This document shows, one piece after another, positions 59,746-64,000 of a stretch of 64,000 nucleotides of DNA (its first letter is position 1; each line of letters starts with the position of its first letter). A program made the translations under genes and the position numbers. This DNA comes from an uncultured delta proteobacterium (GTDB taxonomy: Bacteria; Myxococcota; Myxococcia; Myxococcales; Anaeromyxobacteraceae): positions 1 to 64,000 of the forward strand of contig CAVYBH010000014.1 in NCBI GenBank assembly GCA_963766715.1, read 5' to 3'. The notes below the pieces were generated by a model. The model saw nothing but the letters and a program-made list of their open reading frames with translations. It ran no database searches and was not told the origin of the DNA.

Positions 59746-59775
59746 CTCGGCCGCCAGGTTTCCCTGGCGGCCGAG
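59746..59775. terminator. Perfect 13-bp hairpin between the convergent radical SAM and aceA genes
   Basis: CTCGGCCGCCAGG-TTTC-CCTGGCGGCCGAG (GAAA loop on the minus strand); no clear U-tract. Confidence 0.55.
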
Positions 59776-59803
59776 GTACGGCTCGAACGGATCGGGTCGG
59801 CGC

Positions 59804-62054
59804 CTAGCGCTCCACGATGAGCTTCGTGAGCGCCGCCTTGTCCGCGGCGAGCAGCTCCTTCACCCGGTCGGGGTTCACGTCGGCGACGATGATCTCGCCG
59901 ACCTCCTCGTTCACCAGGCCGTAGAGCCCCTGGCGCTTCATGCCCTCGGCCTGGTGCTTGTTGTCGTCGGTCGGGGTCACGTAGTGCACCGAGTAGATCT
60001 TGTAGCGGTGCATGAGGAAGAGCTGGAGCAGCGTCATGAGCCGCTTCTTGCGGAGCGCCAGGTCGAAGTTGTTCTGGTCGCGGACCGAGAGGATGTTCCG
60101 CCCCTTGCGGTCCTGGATGACCGCGAAGATGACGTTCGCCCGGGCCTTGCCGTCGGGGCCGAGGAGCGCGAGCTCCAGCAGGTCGGACCCGGCGCTGCGC
60201 GGCTTGAGCGACACCTTGAGCTTCTCGGTCGACGCCGTGCTGCTTGCGCCAGATGTCGATCCACTCCTCGAGGACCTTGGGCGGGACCTCGGTCTGGACC
60301 AGGTGCTGGTGCTGGGTCGAGCCCTGGCCCATGGCCTTGGTGGTGGAGGTGCGCCCCGAGATGGACATGAGGCCGGCGTCGGCGCGGGGGCCGCCCACCA
60401 GCGTCTGCGGGGTGCGGTAGCCCGACTCGAGGAGGCGGAACTTCCGCTGCAGCCGGGCCAGCGCCAGCATGCCGTCCTGGCGGAGCGAGGCGGCGAACTC
60501 CTCGGAGGCGAGCCCGTCGATCTGGTGTCCACCGTAGGTGATGAAGTTGAAGACGAACCCCATCTTCCCGAGCTCGATGGGGAAGGCCCGCATCTGGTCG
60601 TCGTTCATCCCGGTCGTGTCCCAGTTGAACGACGGCGAGAGGTTGTAGGCCAGCATCTTGTCCGGGAAGACCGCGTGGATGGCGTCGGCGAACTTCTTCG
60701 CGTCGTGCAGGTCGGCGGTCTTGGTCTCCATCCAGAGGATGTCGGCGAAGGGGGCGGCCGCCAGCGACTTGGCGATGGCGTAGTCGATGCCGCCGCGGAC
60801 CTGGTAGTAGCCGTCCGGCGTCTTGGCGTGCTCGCAGTCCCAGGTGATGTCCACGCCGATGGCGCGGGCCTTCTCGCGGGCCTTGTAGAAGGAGGCCCGC
60901 TCGGCGAAGGCCAGCCACTGCTCCTTCGTCATGGGCGGCGGGTCGCCCTCGTTGTGCCGGAAGGCGATGACGTTGCCGACCGCCTCGGCGTAGGTGACGA
61001 CCCCGGCCTCCTGCTGCCAGGTGTCGACGAACTTGTCGAAGACCTTGTCGAGCGCGGCGTCGACCGTGGTGCCGCCCTTCTTGTAGTCGGCGGCCGAGGC
61101 GGCGATGGCCTTCGTGAAGCCGGACTTCTCGAGCCAGGCGTCGGCGGCGGCGTACTCCTCGTCGGACAGCGCGTAGAACTCGTGGCCGGAGAGCTCCTCG
61201 ATGCCGGCCTTCTGGAACTGGCGCAGGATGGCGAGGAAGGCCGCCTTGAAGCTGGGCAGCGCCACGTTGATGGCGCCCAGGATGAAGGGCTGGTCGCGAT
61301 CGTCGCTGCGCCCGTCGAGCAGCGTGGCCGACTCGGCGTCGGTGCGGGCCACGATGATGCCGGGCACGCCCATGATGTCGAGCTGGAAGCGGGCCGCGGA
61401 GAGGCGCTTCACCTGCTCGTCCTCGGAGACGAGCACCTTGCCGCCCTGGTGGCCGCACTTCTTCACGCCGGGCTTCTGGTCCTCGATGTGGTAGCCGGGG
61501 ACGCCGACCTCCACGAAGCGGCGGATCAGGTTGCGGACGTGCGCGTCGCCGCCGTGGCCGGTGTCGGCGTCGGCGATGATGAAGGGGCGGTAGTCCACCT
61601 CGGGGGTGGCCTTGCGCTGCTCCTCGGTCATGCGGGCGCGCGCGAAGAACTGGTTCTTGTCGGCGGTGAGGAGCGCGCGGACGATGGGCGCGGCCTCGTT
61701 CGGCACCTGGCTGAGCGGGTAGCTGGCCAGGTCGGGGCCGGGGTCCTCGTGCGCGGAGCCCTTGGCGGAGGTGGCCCAGCCGCCCAGGTAGATGCCCTCG
61801 ATCCCCATCCGCTTCATGGCCACGGCCTGGCCGGGGGAGTAGGGGCCGAAGGTGGTGATGGACTTCTTCTGCTCGAAGAGCTGGCGGAGCTTGACGTGGA
61901 ACGCCTCGGCGGCGCCGCGAGCCACGGCGTAGTCCGGCCGGATCGTTCCGCGCTGCTCGACCACCTCGCGCGCCGAGTAGGCCCGCTTGATGCCCTTGAA
62001 GCGAGGGCTGGCGAACCACTCGCGCAACTGCGCGATTTCCTTCTCGAAGTCCAT
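59804..62054 (-). CDS. aceA: Isocitrate lyase, long ICL2-type (frameshift near 60230)
   Basis: [44 protein letters not shown]; extra C-terminal domain [25 protein letters not shown]. Confidence 0.94.
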
Positions 62055-62231
62055 GTATGGGCCTCCTGGGTTGAACGGATGCTTGTAGTGGGAGAGGCGC
62101 CCACTGTCCCGTCCTTCGCGGGAATTCGCCGGTCGCGGAGGAAAACCTCCCGAGGCTTTACTCGGTCGAGCCGTAAACCCTGTAAATGTCCTGGATCGGC
62201 AGGAGCGTTGAGAGGCCATGACGCGGAGCGG

Positions 62232-63608
62232 CTAGAACGCCTCTCCGGAGCCGAAGTAGACGCCGAAGGAGTCGGCCCCCCAGGCGAAGTCGAGCCGGAC
62301 GTTGGTCCGGGCCTCCTTGTTCATCATGAAGCGCAGCCCGAACCCCCCGGCAGGCTTGAAGGTCTGGAAGAGGTTCTCGGCGGCCTGCGTGTAGCCGTAG
62401 GCGGGCAGGCTCGCCGCCGGGCGGCTCATGGTCTCGACGTTCGCGAAGACGGCGCCGCCGAGGAGCCCGTTGTCGGTGATGCGGAACCGCCACTCGGCCT
62501 CGGCGTACATCTCGGCGGTGCCGCGGAGCCGGCCCTGCACGTAGCCGCGTCCCGTCGTCCCCTTCGCGTCCCAGCCGACGGACGGGAGCGCCAGGTAGGG
62601 CTGGTGGCCGCTCGTGACGCCCGTCCCGAGGAGCCAGAAGGCGATCACGTTGCGGGGAACGGCGTCGGAGAGCCCGAGGTACGTGCGGAACTCGCCCCAC
62701 ACGCGGCTGCTCGTCTGGCTGCTCCCGAGCCAGGTGGGAAAGAGGCCGACGGAGAACTGGGCGTAGTAGCCCCGGTACGGATTGATGGTCGAGTCGCGAC
62801 TGTCGTAGAGCGCCTCGAGGGTCACGCCGGAGACCGTGTACGCCGACGGGTCGAATCCGAAGTAGGTGCTGTAGGCGTAGTGGCTCGTGACCACCGGTGG
62901 AGTCGCGGCGAGGTTCAGGCTCTCGTCGACGATGGCGAAGTAGCGGTCGTAGCGGAAGCCCCCGCCCAGGTAGAGGTTCGGGACGACCTCCCGCAGCGCG
63001 GCCTGGTGGATGCGGATCAGGTCGAACTTCATGGGCTGGGCGCCGGGGATGGGCTCGGTGTCGCCCCAGCCGTTGATGCTGAACCCGTAGCTGACGGGAG
63101 GGATGCCGGTGCCCAGGCCGTAGGTGTCCTGGTTGTAGAGCAGGAAGCGCCAGTCGCCCTGCAGCTCCCAGTCGTTCCCCGCGGTCATGAGGGTGCTGTT
63201 GAGCTGGAGGACCAGCTGCTTCTCGGTGGTCACGAGCGCCAGCGCCGTCGCGCTCGAGATGGTCGTGACGTCCGGCTTCCCCAGGTACATCCCGAAGGTG
63301 CCCACCGCGCCGACGAGGAACCCGAGCGCCGGGTTGTAGCCGACCGCCGGGATGATGGCCGGGTAGAGCTTCCACGCCGCCGGCGGCGGCTGCTTCTTGT
63401 CCGTGAGGCCGAGGAGGTTGAAGAGGTCGGTCCGGTCCACGTAGTCCGCGCAGCGGGATTCCTCGCAGACGCTTCCGTACCCGTGCTGCTCCGCGCACGC
63501 GTGACTGCTGGTGCAGGCGTCCTCGGCGGCTGCCGGCGCGAGCGGGAGCGTGAGGGCGAGCGCCAGCGGGATCGCCAGCGCGACGGCAACCTTCGACGGA
63601 TTCGTCAT
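62232..63608 (-). CDS. BamA/TamA (Omp85)-like outer-membrane beta-barrel
   Basis: Signal peptide; YDSRD..INP..G, RGY..GR.RG, GGFGLRF, NVRLDFAWG, terminal GEAF. Confidence 0.85.
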   Translation of the reverse strand: MTNPSKVAVALAIPLALALTLPLAPAAAEDACTSSHACAEQHGYGSVCEESRCADYVDRTDLFNLLGLTDKKQPPPAAWKLYPAIIPAVGYNPALGFLVGAVGTFGMYLGKPDVTTISSATALALVTTEKQLVLQLNSTLMTAGNDWELQGDWRFLLYNQDTYGLGTGIPPVSYGFSINGWGDTEPIPGAQPMKFDLIRIHQAALREVVPNLYLGGGFRYDRYFAIVDESLNLAATPPVVTSHYAYSTYFGFDPSAYTVSGVTLEALYDSRDSTINPYRGYYAQFSVGLFPTWLGSSQTSSRVWGEFRTYLGLSDAVPRNVIAFWLLGTGVTSGHQPYLALPSVGWDAKGTTGRGYVQGRLRGTAEMYAEAEWRFRITDNGLLGGAVFANVETMSRPAASLPAYGYTQAAENLFQTFKPAGGFGLRFMMNKEARTNVRLDFAWGADSFGVYFGSGEAF

Positions 63609-63663
63609 CGGCTTTCCCCTCCAGGCGAGCGACGTCCCCCGGACGCCAGCCGGATTCCTAGCG

Positions 63664-63921
63664 TCACCCGCCCGAGAGGGCTTGAACGATCTGCACCTCG
63701 TCCGAGGCGGCCAGGGGATAGGCCAAATCCCGGACGGGGTCGCCGTTGACGAAGAGGCGGACGTGGGGGCGCAGGTGGTCCTGCTCGTCCACCATCCGGA
63801 AGCGGATGCCCGGATGGACGCGGTCGAGGTCGGCGAGCAACTCGGCCAGCGTGGCGCCGCGGGCGTCGACCTCGCGCCGGCCGGTGTAGGAGAGCAGCGG
63901 GCTCGGCACGAGGACCTTCAT
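63664..63921 (-). CDS. MoaD/ThiS family sulfur carrier
   Basis: LDRVHPGIRFR, FVNG, C-terminal ALSGG. Confidence 0.9.
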   Translation of the reverse strand: MKVLVPSPLLSYTGRREVDARGATLAELLADLDRVHPGIRFRMVDEQDHLRPHVRLFVNGDPVRDLAYPLAASDEVQIVQALSGG

Positions 63922-64000
63922 CGCCGCGGCTCCGCGGCCTCGACCGCGTAGATCTCCGGGAGGTGGCGGGCGATGCAGGTCCATCGCGCGCCCTCGTTGC
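63918..64000 (-). CDS. 3' end of a BNR/sialidase-like beta-propeller protein (partial)
   Basis: NEGARW...HLPEIYAVE; this family commonly precedes MoaD-like genes. Confidence 0.55.
   Translation of the reverse strand, partial: NEGARWTCIARHLPEIYAVEAAEPRR

Noticed and set aside
59719..59807. C-terminal extension of the radical SAM ORF to 59807
   Set aside because: It crosses a perfect intergenic-type hairpin and overlaps the aceA stop; the TAG at 59716-59718 is the more likely end.

Overview
High-GC chromosomal segment from an Anaeromyxobacter-like Myxococcota bacterium (inferred from GC content, gene content and NrfA type). Many genes carry 1-nt frameshifts that look like long-read indel errors, so I rebuilt genes across frames and several ends are approximate. 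Left to right: (1) an oxidative/envelope stress block: SOUL protein, ftsH, katG, RskA-like anti-sigma, SigK-like ECF, two-domain fasciclin, lipocalin; (2) an accessory block at about 8-17.7 kb: two HD proteins, sbcDC, TPR-like protein, metK and phage-like ORFans; (3) an ECF sigma whose zinc-binding anti-sigma appears fused to a class D beta-lactamase (OXA/BlaR-like) domain; (4) a co-directional cluster for nitrate reduction to ammonium (DNRA): hemerythrin, cytochrome c, narGHJI, two narK, nrfHA, with a divergent Rrf2 regulator; (5) lipid genes (WS/DGAT, cholesterol oxidase-like), PAS kinases, eutBC and a sigma54-driven small membrane protein; (6) a glyoxylate shunt with an ICL2-type isocitrate lyase and an atypical malate synthase. 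The most novel signal is in block 2: two covarying copies of a P4-less SAM-I-clan riboswitch-like RNA (13357-13445, 15911-15999), one upstream of TPR-metK-ORFan and one upstream of unknown phage-like genes. The second best candidate is the anti-sigma/OXA fusion (20164-21570). I found no tRNA, rRNA, CRISPR array, transposase or integrase.
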